Virus record (IMG/VR): IMGVR_UViG_3300020468_000005
Coordinates: 1-64,000 of that record
Source: a virus
Reading direction: 5' to 3' (one strand)
Length of the DNA: 64,000 bases
Part shown: in pieces, positions 55,901 through 64,000 of the stretch
How positions within the stretch are numbered: the stretch's first letter is position 1
Layout of the letters: each line of letters opens with the position of its first letter
Position numbers and translations under genes: made by a program
Notes under the pieces: generated by a model
Databases searched by the model: none
What the model was told of the DNA's origin: nothing
The model's input: only the letters and a program-made list of their open reading frames with translations

Positions 55901-57104
55901 AGGTGCTATCAGATATAATACTACACAGTTGCAATTTGAAGGTTTTAACGGAACTGACTTTGTATCTCTTGGTGGTGTTAGAGACGTTGACCAAGATACT
56001 TACATATTAACTGAAGCATCACCTGGTTCTGACGAAGATACATTTGAATACTTTGCAGCAGGGCAAAATAACCTTTCAATAAGCAATACCACTATGACCT
56101 TTAAGGGTAATATGACAGGTGTTGTTTATCCAAACATTGCATTTACTCACAGCATTCCTAACTCTCTTATCATTGATGGTACAAATTTTGGTATTAACCC
56201 ATTAAATGTTCAGGCTTCTGGTTCTAATATTGTATCTGTAAGAAATAAGAAAGATTTTGAAGTTACTGGTGGTTTAAGACTCAGAAATGTTCCTGCACAA
56301 GGTGTTGTTGCTACATTTGATAATGCTACATTAACACAAGTTGCAACATCATATACAGCATCCACTACTGTTACTAGCGTCACAACATCCGCACAGATTG
56401 AAGGTACTGGATTGACTGTAGATATAACTACAGATAGTAATGGAACTGTAACATCTGTTACTGTTAACTCTGGCGGTACTGGTTATGAAATTGGTGAAGT
56501 TATAACTATCGCTGGTACTGCTGTTGGTGGAACGACTCCAGCTCAAGACATAACAATCAAAGTTGATACTATTTCTAGTCCAACATCTCCTATAACAAGA
56601 AAAGATGTATTAAGACAGAATTACACAACTAGAATGGATGATAAACCATTCATTGATTTAGATGCCAACGGTGCTGAAGCGGGATGGAAAATCAATAGAG
56701 GATGGAATGGTGGAACCACATCATACTTAACTATATTTGATACCACTGCTGACTTTGTGGAACTTGATGACTGTCGTGTTGAGGGTGGTCAGATTAGTTC
56801 TTTCACAAGCACCGCAACTGTCGTATCATTTGATAAGACACAATACAAAGGTGGTAAGACTCTTATCACCATTGAAAGTGATGATGGTAAGGTTCACATG
56901 TTTGAGGTCACTGCTATATGTGCAGCTGCAGGTACTGCTGCTCACGCAACAGTTACCAACTCCATTACATCAGATAATGACTTGATGGATGCAACCATAG
57001 CAGTCGCTGCTAACAGTGTTAATATCCAATTAACTAAATCAACAGCTGCAACATCATCTACTAGTTTTACTGGTAGATTCACAACCACTAAAGTTAAGGT
57101 ATAA
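49860..57104 (+). CDS. Long tail fibre (2414 aa) with beta-helix, LamG/ConA lectin-like and cupredoxin-like domains
   Basis: IKLKRS...GEIALN N-terminus; PFLTITKAL..A..GDTI.V.PG.Y beta-helix cap; WYHVAV.R...FNGHIDEVRISKG LamG motif; many GSGY...P repeats. Confidence 0.8.
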   Translation: MATRIKLKRSTTAAVVPTTSNLEDGEIALNIADRKLYARNGSNIIEVANQKPNTGEVVTSMLSTDITNGQGNTYYVASVGSDNNTLANGGNAGLHPDTPFLTITKALGTATAGDTIIVAPGEYQETFPMTVPDGVTLRGTNLRSTSVKPTGVTNANTAFKLSGDCHVSDLTIKDFYYDSSNDDGYAFELITSLNSTQSPYIERCTVNTKGSVTSASDPYGYAQGDAGRGAKLDGANIAAASQHSSVLFNECTFITPNQIGVIATNGIRVEWLNCFNYFASIGIQGIQGATGKSGTGNTRLKLGGVSGTYSTSEVTYQLEDSFQSGTYARSSSTVTLTRTGHGLVTGDYIYADHISGSATDNFYQVTKVDNNTVTYADGASGTTSGNVTYKKAVARGVVSSNDGTYIFITGKGTGAFTTVNKSAKTLSRFGDSQLDTAQKKFGTSSILLDGTEDNVKVPTSEDFGFGTSNWCLEAFIRPNSVTGIQHIFDLRDASGTDTAPKLYLNGTTLHYGVGNASTRSGGTLSTGTWYHVAVARQGGTTKLFLDGVELGTGADTNDYGSTKPVIIGSDYQASPTEAFNGHIDEVRISKGAARFTAGFTPTTGEYSSDLNTVLLLHANGDDASTTFTDGSGGTSDIRSSGGDSATSVITADYSAFGAEMRSVASACVYGSKGVQADGSGVKLILTAHNFGYVGSGSDYTNDPSLAVQANEVEELNNGKVLYSSTDQDGDFRVGEAFSVDQETGNVQFQATSTAQSAANITLSDGTGTTNIFPAYIETGNLRLAGNSITSTTGQVIVDPSGQEDFVVNAETIVKEAVYFDVNKSISFGSVIQGALNIAGFQDSTLFGSSEASCFSTRSFVVLKNGLGTVTVTSAGTGYEGGQQSVSVTSDPFQKGTATAALATTGAIKSITLSNRGSGYSASPDITFSSGAAAATANLGQAGNVVAAAVDFGGTNYSGPTAVVDPPPQNTFSPSGTVVDTTANTITISSHSFETGDQVTYDSQTLDAGATSVGGLTHNSTYYIIWVDTDTIKVAASLSDANAGTEISLGPATGSNDQFFIGTSATLNLGQTGGVIDSVTITSAGSGYQSNPSVTIADSGTGSGAVLTTTLGYTVQSITVSDGGQYTSATLPTITFANAAGDTTGSGVAGSPDIGFPVETLTVTGNGLGYRNTPGVTFTGGTPSQEANATAVLDEKTGRLSSITLDSGGIGYSSAPTVEVTGGGGKDGVVNIDIQSISGTITSSGSGYLAGSYPNVQFTGGAPTTTTTATFVIPGFSGSITNGGSGYTDGTYQTNFRNVPTATYTVTVVQRDKLNLSNITGGTFAVGNTVTGSVSGATGTVTKVLTDAVFVNNVTGSFLDAQQENIATGGVSAQLDSLNLATNRYLIDTGSGPVEAPSITLVDNNTYRFDQSDSSNATHELAIQSVTNVTTRNAGTAGTAGAYFEMIVGSVSGTTTDGTYQCVQHGVAMSEPTPNLTFTSGSSGNSGDQMTGDFTVSGGAITSLSILTQGLGYALNNQLTVDPGDVGGTGSGFIYTLNSEQTGVTAVNDISLTGAGYNIGDVLSVDDATVGGGGGAGFQFTVNNVGFATGATVTTPGTAFEAADAPIIGNVGGDQAVQGTGLVLDIATISSEKNIELTQEGLLTLGPTGGAQVIMNPDGTTTAANWNISAAGGSTFTTIAGTTGTFSSTLTVQSTSTFTGLGTFNGGITVSGASSSIDQATIKLDDGAEATPTLTFTNSNTSGFYRSASNTIGITLGGTQFGEIGASRGIDAKLFQADATVGSLTPFFKVDTANTKVQIGPAAAQIEIDNTNTIFGNGSDINVPLNFDTKGEGNFVFKGGTNVDFSITDGTDEKLKIDTGTGDLTVSGNLDAGLLRILDNVVQNNSSTATRSFGQILAVSVTGTGSGYTDGTYTATATTSSGIGTGLTLTVTVASGDFSAVTVVAKGQNYAVGDTILITAAGGGSGRTITVSDVDGTGVAIKPSSGFDILCDTTGSLIVPSGTTNERPNALDRRSGAIRYNTTQLQFEGFNGTDFVSLGGVRDVDQDTYILTEASPGSDEDTFEYFAAGQNNLSISNTTMTFKGNMTGVVYPNIAFTHSIPNSLIIDGTNFGINPLNVQASGSNIVSVRNKKDFEVTGGLRLRNVPAQGVVATFDNATLTQVATSYTASTTVTSVTTSAQIEGTGLTVDITTDSNGTVTSVTVNSGGTGYEIGEVITIAGTAVGGTTPAQDITIKVDTISSPTSPITRKDVLRQNYTTRMDDKPFIDLDANGAEAGWKINRGWNGGTTSYLTIFDTTADFVELDDCRVEGGQISSFTSTATVVSFDKTQYKGGKTLITIESDDGKVHMFEVTAICAAAGTAAHATVTNSITSDNDLMDATIAVAANSVNIQLTKSTAATSSTSFTGRFTTTKVKV

Positions 57105-57107
57105 ATA
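57100..57107 (+). promoter_or_regulatory. T4-like late promoter
   Basis: TATAAATA. Confidence 0.75.
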
Positions 57108-57128
57108 AACCTGAGGTAATATAACGTC

Positions 57129-57662
57129 ATGCCAACCAAGAATTTTTCATCAATTGGAGGTTTTGCAGTAGGTTCTACTGAAGTCGTCAACACACAGTTC
57201 GAGCTCAAGAACATATCTGCAATTCACATGGTCAGCGATAATTTCGCTGATGCGAGCCATGACAAGTATCTAGTTAAAAGAGTAACAGATTCTGCCAACA
57301 ATACCTTACAATTGACATTAGATGGAACTACTGCTCTAGCAACAAACACACCTGCACTTGCTGCAGATAGAGTTTGTTTTATAAAAGCAAGAGTTTTTGG
57401 TCAAGAGACTACTAGCAATCAATATGTTTATGCAACAACATTTGATATTGTAGTTACTACTGCTAATGATGGTACTCCAACAGTAGCAGCTACCTATGAG
57501 AATATTATTAGGAACAATCCACCAGGACAAGAACTCTGGAATGTAACTCCAGATGCTTTCCAAATTGGAGGAGCTCCTTATTTCACTTTTGAAGTGAAGT
57601 CAGTGACTACCAATTCTACAGTTAAGTGGATTGGTGTTTTGGATATTACCGTCGTATCATAA
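57129..57662 (+). CDS. Virion structural protein
   Basis: 177-aa beta-rich ORF; F.S.GGF.V N-terminus; late promoter. Confidence 0.75.
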   Translation: MPTKNFSSIGGFAVGSTEVVNTQFELKNISAIHMVSDNFADASHDKYLVKRVTDSANNTLQLTLDGTTALATNTPALAADRVCFIKARVFGQETTSNQYVYATTFDIVVTTANDGTPTVAATYENIIRNNPPGQELWNVTPDAFQIGGAPYFTFEVKSVTTNSTVKWIGVLDITVVS

Positions 57663-57677
57663 CCGTTTGGAAAACTA

Positions 57678-60600
57678 ATGGCTCTTAAGATTAATTCTGA
57701 CCAACAGAGAATATCAGCATCGGGTGCTACCCCTACAGGAAATTGGGTTGGTGCTACGTATAGTAGGACTGTGGGAGGACTTGTAAATATCCTTTCAGTT
57801 GGACACGGGTTTATAGGGAACGAAAAGTTATATATTGACTTCACATCTGGTGGTGAAACAGATGGAACATATATTGTATCAAAAGTAGATGATGATAATT
57901 TACAATTTCAGAGTACTAACTTAGGTGTAATCACTGCAGGTAACACTGCAGCATATAGAAGAGTAAGATCTTTAAGTGTACAAGGTGATGAATCTGTAGA
58001 ATTTTCAGTGGGTGTAGATGCCAACGAAAAGGATGCTATAACTTTAAACTTAAATGCACAGAATAATATTAGAGTTGGTGTTAATACTACCGATCCACAG
58101 TATGAACTAGACGTTGAGGGACAGATTAGAACAACTCGTTCTATCATTTCTGATACTGCACAGGTTACAAACCTTGATATCAATACGATTATCAACCCTG
58201 CATTAGATCTTCGTGGTCCTAATTTAATTAACTATGAAGATACAGATGTAACAAGTCCTACATTTGGCACAATATTTTTCCCTACTGCTGACACACCTCC
58301 CCTAAGTGATCAGTCAAGAAGGGTTGCAACCACTGACTTTGTATATAAAGTTGCTACTAATGACACTGGTGGTCGTGTATACGTGTCACAAACTATTGGT
58401 AGTGATCTAAATGATGGTCGTTCAGCTGCAAGACCAGTTAAAACTATTAAGAAAGCAGCACAGATTGCTTATACTTTACAAAAAGCACAACCAGATCCTA
58501 GTGATGAATACGTTTCACTAATCGTATCTGGTGGTGAATACTTTGAAGATAACCCAATTACACTTCCTAGGAACTGTTCACTTATTGGTGACAACTTAAG
58601 ACGAGTAATTGTTAGACCTCAAAACCAAGATCGTCATATGCTCAAAGCGTCTAACGAGACGTATGTGTTCGGTGTTGTATTCAGAGATGCATTACAAAAT
58701 CAGTCAGATCCACAAAGTACTGTTATTCATACTTGGAAGTATGCGTTTGTGTTTGATGACAAACAAAGATTATATTACGAACCAGAGTTAGGACAGATTC
58801 CATCAATACCTGGTGATAAGTTCCGTGGTGATAACCTTTTCAACATTACCTTTACCAACCATACAGGTAACAATACAACTCTCGTAGTTGGTTATTTTCT
58901 ACAAGGTGGATCTTCTGGTACATTAGGTACAATTCAAGAAATTACATTTACAGGTCCTGTTGCATCACCATACTCCACTGGTTCTGTTAAAGTCTTAATT
59001 ACATCAGGTGTTAATGATGTATTCCAAGACGCTGAAAAAGTATTCTATGATTCTGTAGCAGCAAATATTATTACTGACATTAATAATGCAGGTGTGTCTG
59101 ATAGATTTGACGTATCTGATGCTGAATCATTAAGACCAGAATTAGAGACAATCTCTAACCAGATTTATCAGCATACAATCAACTCAGAAAGAGAAACTAT
59201 TGCTTTTGCTGCTGATGGTACTAAAGTAAATACAACTACAGATCGTATTACAATCACTGGTCACGGACTTAAAACTGGTGATCAAGTTTATTATGAAAAA
59301 GATGAAAACGCTGCGGCTCTTGGTGGTCTTGCTGACAGCACACTTTATTATATAAGAAACGTTGATGCTAATACTATAGAACTTTATGATCTTTGGGTAG
59401 ATGCTACAGCAACTACAGCAACTACAGGTATTAGAAATTTAAGTTCGGTTTCCCCAGATACTAAACTTCACTTATTTACTACTGGTAAGATGATGCCAGA
59501 GGGTAATCATATCTTTGTTGATACCCATCAATTTGCAAGTGGTGATGGTGTAGTATACCGTGAGAGTAAAATGGGCAAGATAGACGGTCTTGTCTCTGGT
59601 ACAACATATTATGTTTATAAGGAAAATGTAAATTGGTTTAGACTTGCATCATCTGCTGCTAACGCATTAAACAAAGATGCTCAAGGTAATGATGCTCCTG
59701 TAACTCTTCCTCTTAATAGTACAGGTTTAGGATATCAAAGATTTGAAATAGCAGATAGAATATACTCAATCGCAACTCTTGACACATCATTAGCTACACA
59801 GCAGACCTACAATGGTCCTATATTCAATATTTCTGGTACTACTTATCATGACTATGAGGTAGGACAAGAAATTCAGTTATATGGATTCACAAGTACTGCA
59901 ATTGATTTTGGTGGATCTGTAAACTCATCTTGGAGTTTAGCTTCTGGTGAAGTTACAGTTACTTTAAGCACTGTAGATAATACACTTGTTACTAATCTAT
60001 TCTCCAACTGGATGTCACTTGGAGAATGTGGTCTGAAGTTTAGTTTTGGTGGTACAGGATCTGAAGCATTAAGCAAGACATATCATATTGATAACTTCTC
60101 TCTAGGATCTGGAACTCCATCATTACCTGGCAACACTGCACTAGGTATGGGTTATGCCAGATATAATAGTTCTTCTTTAACTGTTACTTTTGTACTTAAG
60201 ACAGCAAATATTCAATCAACAACTAATACTGCAACTGCTACTGGTTCTACAGTCAGTGTTTTAGATAACGTTGAAGATCTTAATGGTAGAAAATATATTA
60301 CACATCGTATAGAACGTGCTGATGGTTACTCACTACAGTTTGTAGTAAGATCTTCTATCAGTGTATTTAATACAACATTTAATCCAACTGGTAACCAGTC
60401 AGTTATTTCAACTAGCAACTATGTTCTAGCATCTCTAAGGAACTCTCCTTATGGATTTAAAAAGATAGATCAGACAGACAGATATAGAGATGGTGCAGAA
60501 TCTATCAGAGCAAACCAAGAATTTATTGCACAGGAAGCATATGGATATGTTAAATCTCATTATGAAAACTCTGCTACTAGAAATAGCACTTTAACAATAG

Positions 60601-63600
60601 GACCTACTACATTCGTTGCATTAGGAGATACATTTGATCATCCTATTACCGAGTGGTCTACTAGTTTCAATAAGTTAACAGTTAAAGTTAATACTGGACA
60701 TAACTTATTCCAAGGATTCCAAAATCATAATCACATTTACAATGGTGGCACAGCAACTAATGCTATTACCATTACACAGGGTAGTGTTCAGAAAGACGTA
60801 ACTGATGCAACATACAATCCCGTTACAGGTGATCTTGTATTAACAATAGGTGCACACAGTTATACTACTGCTAATACATTAACCATTGCAAATGGTGCTA
60901 TTAGTTTCACATGTTCTAGAGATAATCACGCAACATCTCATACCTACCCAAGAGCAACAGATCCTGCATACGGTGCGACTCTAGCAATTAAAGAAGTAGA
61001 TGCTTCTGGTACAGTTACTGTTAACGTTGGTGTATCTGCTGGTGTTCAGATTAAAGGTAGTTCCACTGCTGCTATTAATGGTACATGGGCTATTGATGAG
61101 GTATATGATCACAGAACATTTGTATTAGATCTAGGTATCACTTCTCTTACAACTGATACTACTGGAACTGACGGTACATTCCAAGATATAAGAAAACCAT
61201 TTAGAACTCCAAATAGTTTCCCAGTAAATAACAAACAAGGTGATGCTGCTGATTTGATAGCTGCTAACGCTGAAATGATCGCTGAGGTAGCTGTTGAGAG
61301 AATGGTTGCTAATACTGGTTATAGCGTACCTACAGGTAATACAGCGTGTACTGATGACATTAAAGACTTCTTACAGAAATCACTTTATCACAACCTCAAG
61401 TGGGGTGGTAATGATAGAGTATATGATGCTGCTAATTACTATCTAAAACAAGTAACTACAAGTAATCAAAGTAAGTATATTGAAGCATTCAATTATGCAA
61501 AAGATTATGCTGCTAAGGTAGTTCGTAACTTGCCTATGCTAAGGCATCCACATACACTTCATACTCAGTTCTTTAATACTACAATTACTTTAGATAGAGC
61601 AGTGTATGGACAGGTTCCTAATAAGACACAGGATGCTTCAAACTTAATTAATCTTAACAACACATTTATATCTAACGAAGCAGTAGAACGTTTTGTTTCT
61701 AGTATGACTGAGACTCCAGTTGAGGCAGTCAATGGAAATGATATTACAATTAATGCACTTAATGGTACTACTCCAACAAATACTAGTCCACATACATTCC
61801 AAGGTTTAAGCACATATCAGTGGCAACCTTCAAACGTTGCTTATGATCCACTCACAGGTGAGATGATCATTACTATTAATGCTCACCCATTTGTTGATGG
61901 AGACAGAATTTTAATAGCACCTAATTCATTAACATTTACATGTGCTTCAGATAGCAACAGTGCTCAGAAAACATATCCTCGCACAACAGATCCATACTAC
62001 AACAAATATATTGGTGTACGTAAAGTAGATGCCAACAATATTAAAGTTAATGTTGGTGCTGCTAAAACTGATGTTACTGCACATACATTTGTAACTGCTA
62101 CATCAACTGCTATTAGTAGAGCAGTCGTTTACAACGATACTGGATTTACAAATCATACAGTAACCAATGCATCCTATGAACCAATTACAGGTGTATTACA
62201 ATTAACAATTCCTAATCATGGATTTACCGTAGGTGAAAAGGTACAAGTTGCACAGGATTCATTGACCTTTACTTGTGCTATGGATGACAACTATTCTAAG
62301 CACACATATCCAAGAGCAACAGATCCTGCACTTAATGTTTGGAAGAGTGTTTCTAATGTTACACAGGACACTTTTGACATTAACGTAGGTACTACACCTC
62401 CTATCACATTTACTCCTACAAACGCTGTATATACCCCTACAACAGGTCTTGTTGAAGTTACCATAGGAAACCATACACTTGAAGCTCCTACCACTCACAC
62501 TGTAGAAGGTGCAACATTAGATGTTGCCACTGGTGTGATGACTGTTACTATTAACGATCATGGATTCCAAGAAGGAAACAAGATCAATATTGCTCAAAGT
62601 TCTATAACTATGAGTTGCCCTTATGGTGGCGGTGGTCAAGAATCTTATCCAAAAGCTGGTCAATATATTGATGGTAAGTGGATCAATATATGGAACGTAA
62701 CTCAAAATACATTTAGTTTTGACACTACTGGTGGTGTACCATTATCAGTTAATGATGCTCATACATTTGTATCTGCAACTCCTAATGGATTAAGTCGTGT
62801 TAAAGAACATATCAAACTTACAACAGGTGCATTAACATTTAAGTGTGCTGAAGATAATTTCTCAACTGAACATTCTTATCCAAGAGCACTTGTAGATACA
62901 CATACAGCAACTAATGGTACAACTTATGATCCTAATACAGGTATCATGAAAGTTACCACCACTGCTGCTCATGGAATGAGAAATGGTGATTGGGTTAAGA
63001 TATCAGAAAATTCCATGACATTCAGTTGTGGATACAATGGTGCTTCTGGTGCAGCTGCACAAAAAACATATCCAAGATCAACAGACCATATTGCTAATAA
63101 ATGGCAGAAGATTCTCAATGTAACTGCAACAACATTTGAAATTCAAGTTTTATCTACAATTCCATCTACTAACCTTGATGTACATACATTTGTATCTGCT
63201 ACTTCAAATGGAATTCAACAGAAACGTGACAAGTCTTACAATACTTCAGTTCCTATCGTAGCAAAAACTGGAACTACAATTACTATTGACGTTGGTATTT
63301 CTTCTAATTCAACTGCACACACTTTCCAGTCTGCACTTAACAACTCAGTTATTACTGGTGGTAACTATGCACACACATTCGTAAGTTCTGTTACTAACGG
63401 TGTTAAGAGAGCAACTTCTTCCACAATCTTAAATTACGTTCCATCTGGTTCAACATATAATCCTTCAACAGGAGATATGGTCATAACGATTGGATCTAAT
63501 CAATTGTTAGCTCCAACTACACATACTTCTACTGATGGTGCTTATAATCCCACTACAGGTATTATGACTGTCACCGTTGCTAATCACGGATTCAATGTTG

Positions 63601-64000
63601 GTGACAAAGTTAAATTTGCTGTCGGTGCTATAAGCTTTAGTTGTACTCATGGTAGTGGTGGTACAACTGCATATCCTCGTTCTTCCGATCCAATTGCGAA
63701 TAAGTGGGTTATCATTTCTAATGTGACTCAGAATACATTTGATGTTCAAACATTAGATTCAGTTCCTTCTACTAATACTACAACTCACACTTATGTAAGT
63801 TCTGCTGCTAATGCTATTAGTCATGCTAGATCTACAGTTAAAGTTGCAACAAACTCTATAATCTTTAGTTGTACTCATGGTAGTGGAGGAAATAAAACAT
63901 ACCCTCGTGTAACTGATCCTATTGCATCTGCTAGATTCTCAATTCCTAATCATAATAAAGATTGTAAGGATGATGTTTCTGATGTATTGAGAGCTGTTGC
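57678..64000 (+). CDS. Giant virion structural protein (>2100 aa, 3' truncated) with beta-helix cap, YPR repeats and phycobiliprotein-like domains
   Basis: ATG 57678 (MALKINSDQQRIS...). Same frame spot-checked at about 60420-60570, 61200-61700 and 63900-64000; absent from the ORF track, consistent with no stop before the window end. Confidence 0.85.
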   Translation, partial: MALKINSDQQRISASGATPTGNWVGATYSRTVGGLVNILSVGHGFIGNEKLYIDFTSGGETDGTYIVSKVDDDNLQFQSTNLGVITAGNTAAYRRVRSLSVQGDESVEFSVGVDANEKDAITLNLNAQNNIRVGVNTTDPQYELDVEGQIRTTRSIISDTAQVTNLDINTIINPALDLRGPNLINYEDTDVTSPTFGTIFFPTADTPPLSDQSRRVATTDFVYKVATNDTGGRVYVSQTIGSDLNDGRSAARPVKTIKKAAQIAYTLQKAQPDPSDEYVSLIVSGGEYFEDNPITLPRNCSLIGDNLRRVIVRPQNQDRHMLKASNETYVFGVVFRDALQNQSDPQSTVIHTWKYAFVFDDKQRLYYEPELGQIPSIPGDKFRGDNLFNITFTNHTGNNTTLVVGYFLQGGSSGTLGTIQEITFTGPVASPYSTGSVKVLITSGVNDVFQDAEKVFYDSVAANIITDINNAGVSDRFDVSDAESLRPELETISNQIYQHTINSERETIAFAADGTKVNTTTDRITITGHGLKTGDQVYYEKDENAAALGGLADSTLYYIRNVDANTIELYDLWVDATATTATTGIRNLSSVSPDTKLHLFTTGKMMPEGNHIFVDTHQFASGDGVVYRESKMGKIDGLVSGTTYYVYKENVNWFRLASSAANALNKDAQGNDAPVTLPLNSTGLGYQRFEIADRIYSIATLDTSLATQQTYNGPIFNISGTTYHDYEVGQEIQLYGFTSTAIDFGGSVNSSWSLASGEVTVTLSTVDNTLVTNLFSNWMSLGECGLKFSFGGTGSEALSKTYHIDNFSLGSGTPSLPGNTALGMGYARYNSSSLTVTFVLKTANIQSTTNTATATGSTVSVLDNVEDLNGRKYITHRIERADGYSLQFVVRSSISVFNTTFNPTGNQSVISTSNYVLASLRNSPYGFKKIDQTDRYRDGAESIRANQEFIAQEAYGYVKSHYENSATRNSTLTIGPTTFVALGDTFDHPITEWSTSFNKLTVKVNTGHNLFQGFQNHNHIYNGGTATNAITITQGSVQKDVTDATYNPVTGDLVLTIGAHSYTTANTLTIANGAISFTCSRDNHATSHTYPRATDPAYGATLAIKEVDASGTVTVNVGVSAGVQIKGSSTAAINGTWAIDEVYDHRTFVLDLGITSLTTDTTGTDGTFQDIRKPFRTPNSFPVNNKQGDAADLIAANAEMIAEVAVERMVANTGYSVPTGNTACTDDIKDFLQKSLYHNLKWGGNDRVYDAANYYLKQVTTSNQSKYIEAFNYAKDYAAKVVRNLPMLRHPHTLHTQFFNTTITLDRAVYGQVPNKTQDASNLINLNNTFISNEAVERFVSSMTETPVEAVNGNDITINALNGTTPTNTSPHTFQGLSTYQWQPSNVAYDPLTGEMIITINAHPFVDGDRILIAPNSLTFTCASDSNSAQKTYPRTTDPYYNKYIGVRKVDANNIKVNVGAAKTDVTAHTFVTATSTAISRAVVYNDTGFTNHTVTNASYEPITGVLQLTIPNHGFTVGEKVQVAQDSLTFTCAMDDNYSKHTYPRATDPALNVWKSVSNVTQDTFDINVGTTPPITFTPTNAVYTPTTGLVEVTIGNHTLEAPTTHTVEGATLDVATGVMTVTINDHGFQEGNKINIAQSSITMSCPYGGGGQESYPKAGQYIDGKWINIWNVTQNTFSFDTTGGVPLSVNDAHTFVSATPNGLSRVKEHIKLTTGALTFKCAEDNFSTEHSYPRALVDTHTATNGTTYDPNTGIMKVTTTAAHGMRNGDWVKISENSMTFSCGYNGASGAAAQKTYPRSTDHIANKWQKILNVTATTFEIQVLSTIPSTNLDVHTFVSATSNGIQQKRDKSYNTSVPIVAKTGTTITIDVGISSNSTAHTFQSALNNSVITGGNYAHTFVSSVTNGVKRATSSTILNYVPSGSTYNPSTGDMVITIGSNQLLAPTTHTSTDGAYNPTTGIMTVTVANHGFNVGDKVKFAVGAISFSCTHGSGGTTAYPRSSDPIANKWVIISNVTQNTFDVQTLDSVPSTNTTTHTYVSSAANAISHARSTVKVATNSIIFSCTHGSGGNKTYPRVTDPIASARFSIPNHNKDCKDDVSDVLRAV

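Noticed and set aside
23500-64000. Many short minus-strand and off-frame ORFs over the structural genes
   Set aside because: Shadow ORFs of strongly biased long genes; no RBS, promoter or recognisable motifs.
1-64000. CRISPR array, tRNA or rRNA genes
   Set aside because: No regularly spaced identical repeats and no cloverleaf or T-loop consensus noticed; the repeated palindromes are dispersed and promoter-linked.

Overview
A 64 kb segment of a T4-like marine cyanophage (Kyanoviridae-type myovirus, AT-rich, probably infecting Prochlorococcus or Synechococcus). Layout: (1) 1-4706, the end of a tail-fibre gene, a gp38-like Gly-rich adhesin and four downstream hypothetical genes; (2) about 4700-21500, an early/accessory region with many sigma70-like promoters, four 2OG-Fe(II) oxygenases, a DenV-like glycosylase, two DNA methyltransferases, a restriction-endonuclease-like gene, a ParB-like gene, a minus-strand island of small genes, a SAM-lyase-like gene and a phosphopantetheinyl transferase; (3) 21600-64000, the late baseplate/tail module (PAAR, gp25, gp6, a 4517-aa gp7, gp8, a 2235-aa structural protein, fibres, and a >2100-aa protein that runs off the window end and is missing from the ORF track). 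The most striking observation is that gp7 and the final giant virion protein contain helical domains that align by eye with phycobiliprotein subunits. The gp7 copy keeps both bilin-attachment Cys motifs and their Asp counter-ions, suggesting possibly chromophorylated virion proteins. Other highlights are a type-1-copper-like site in a tail fibre, two classes of palindromic operators at fixed distances from early promoters, antisense promoters with no downstream ORF, and structured RNA candidates. All homology calls are by eye against recalled family motifs; no database searches were run.
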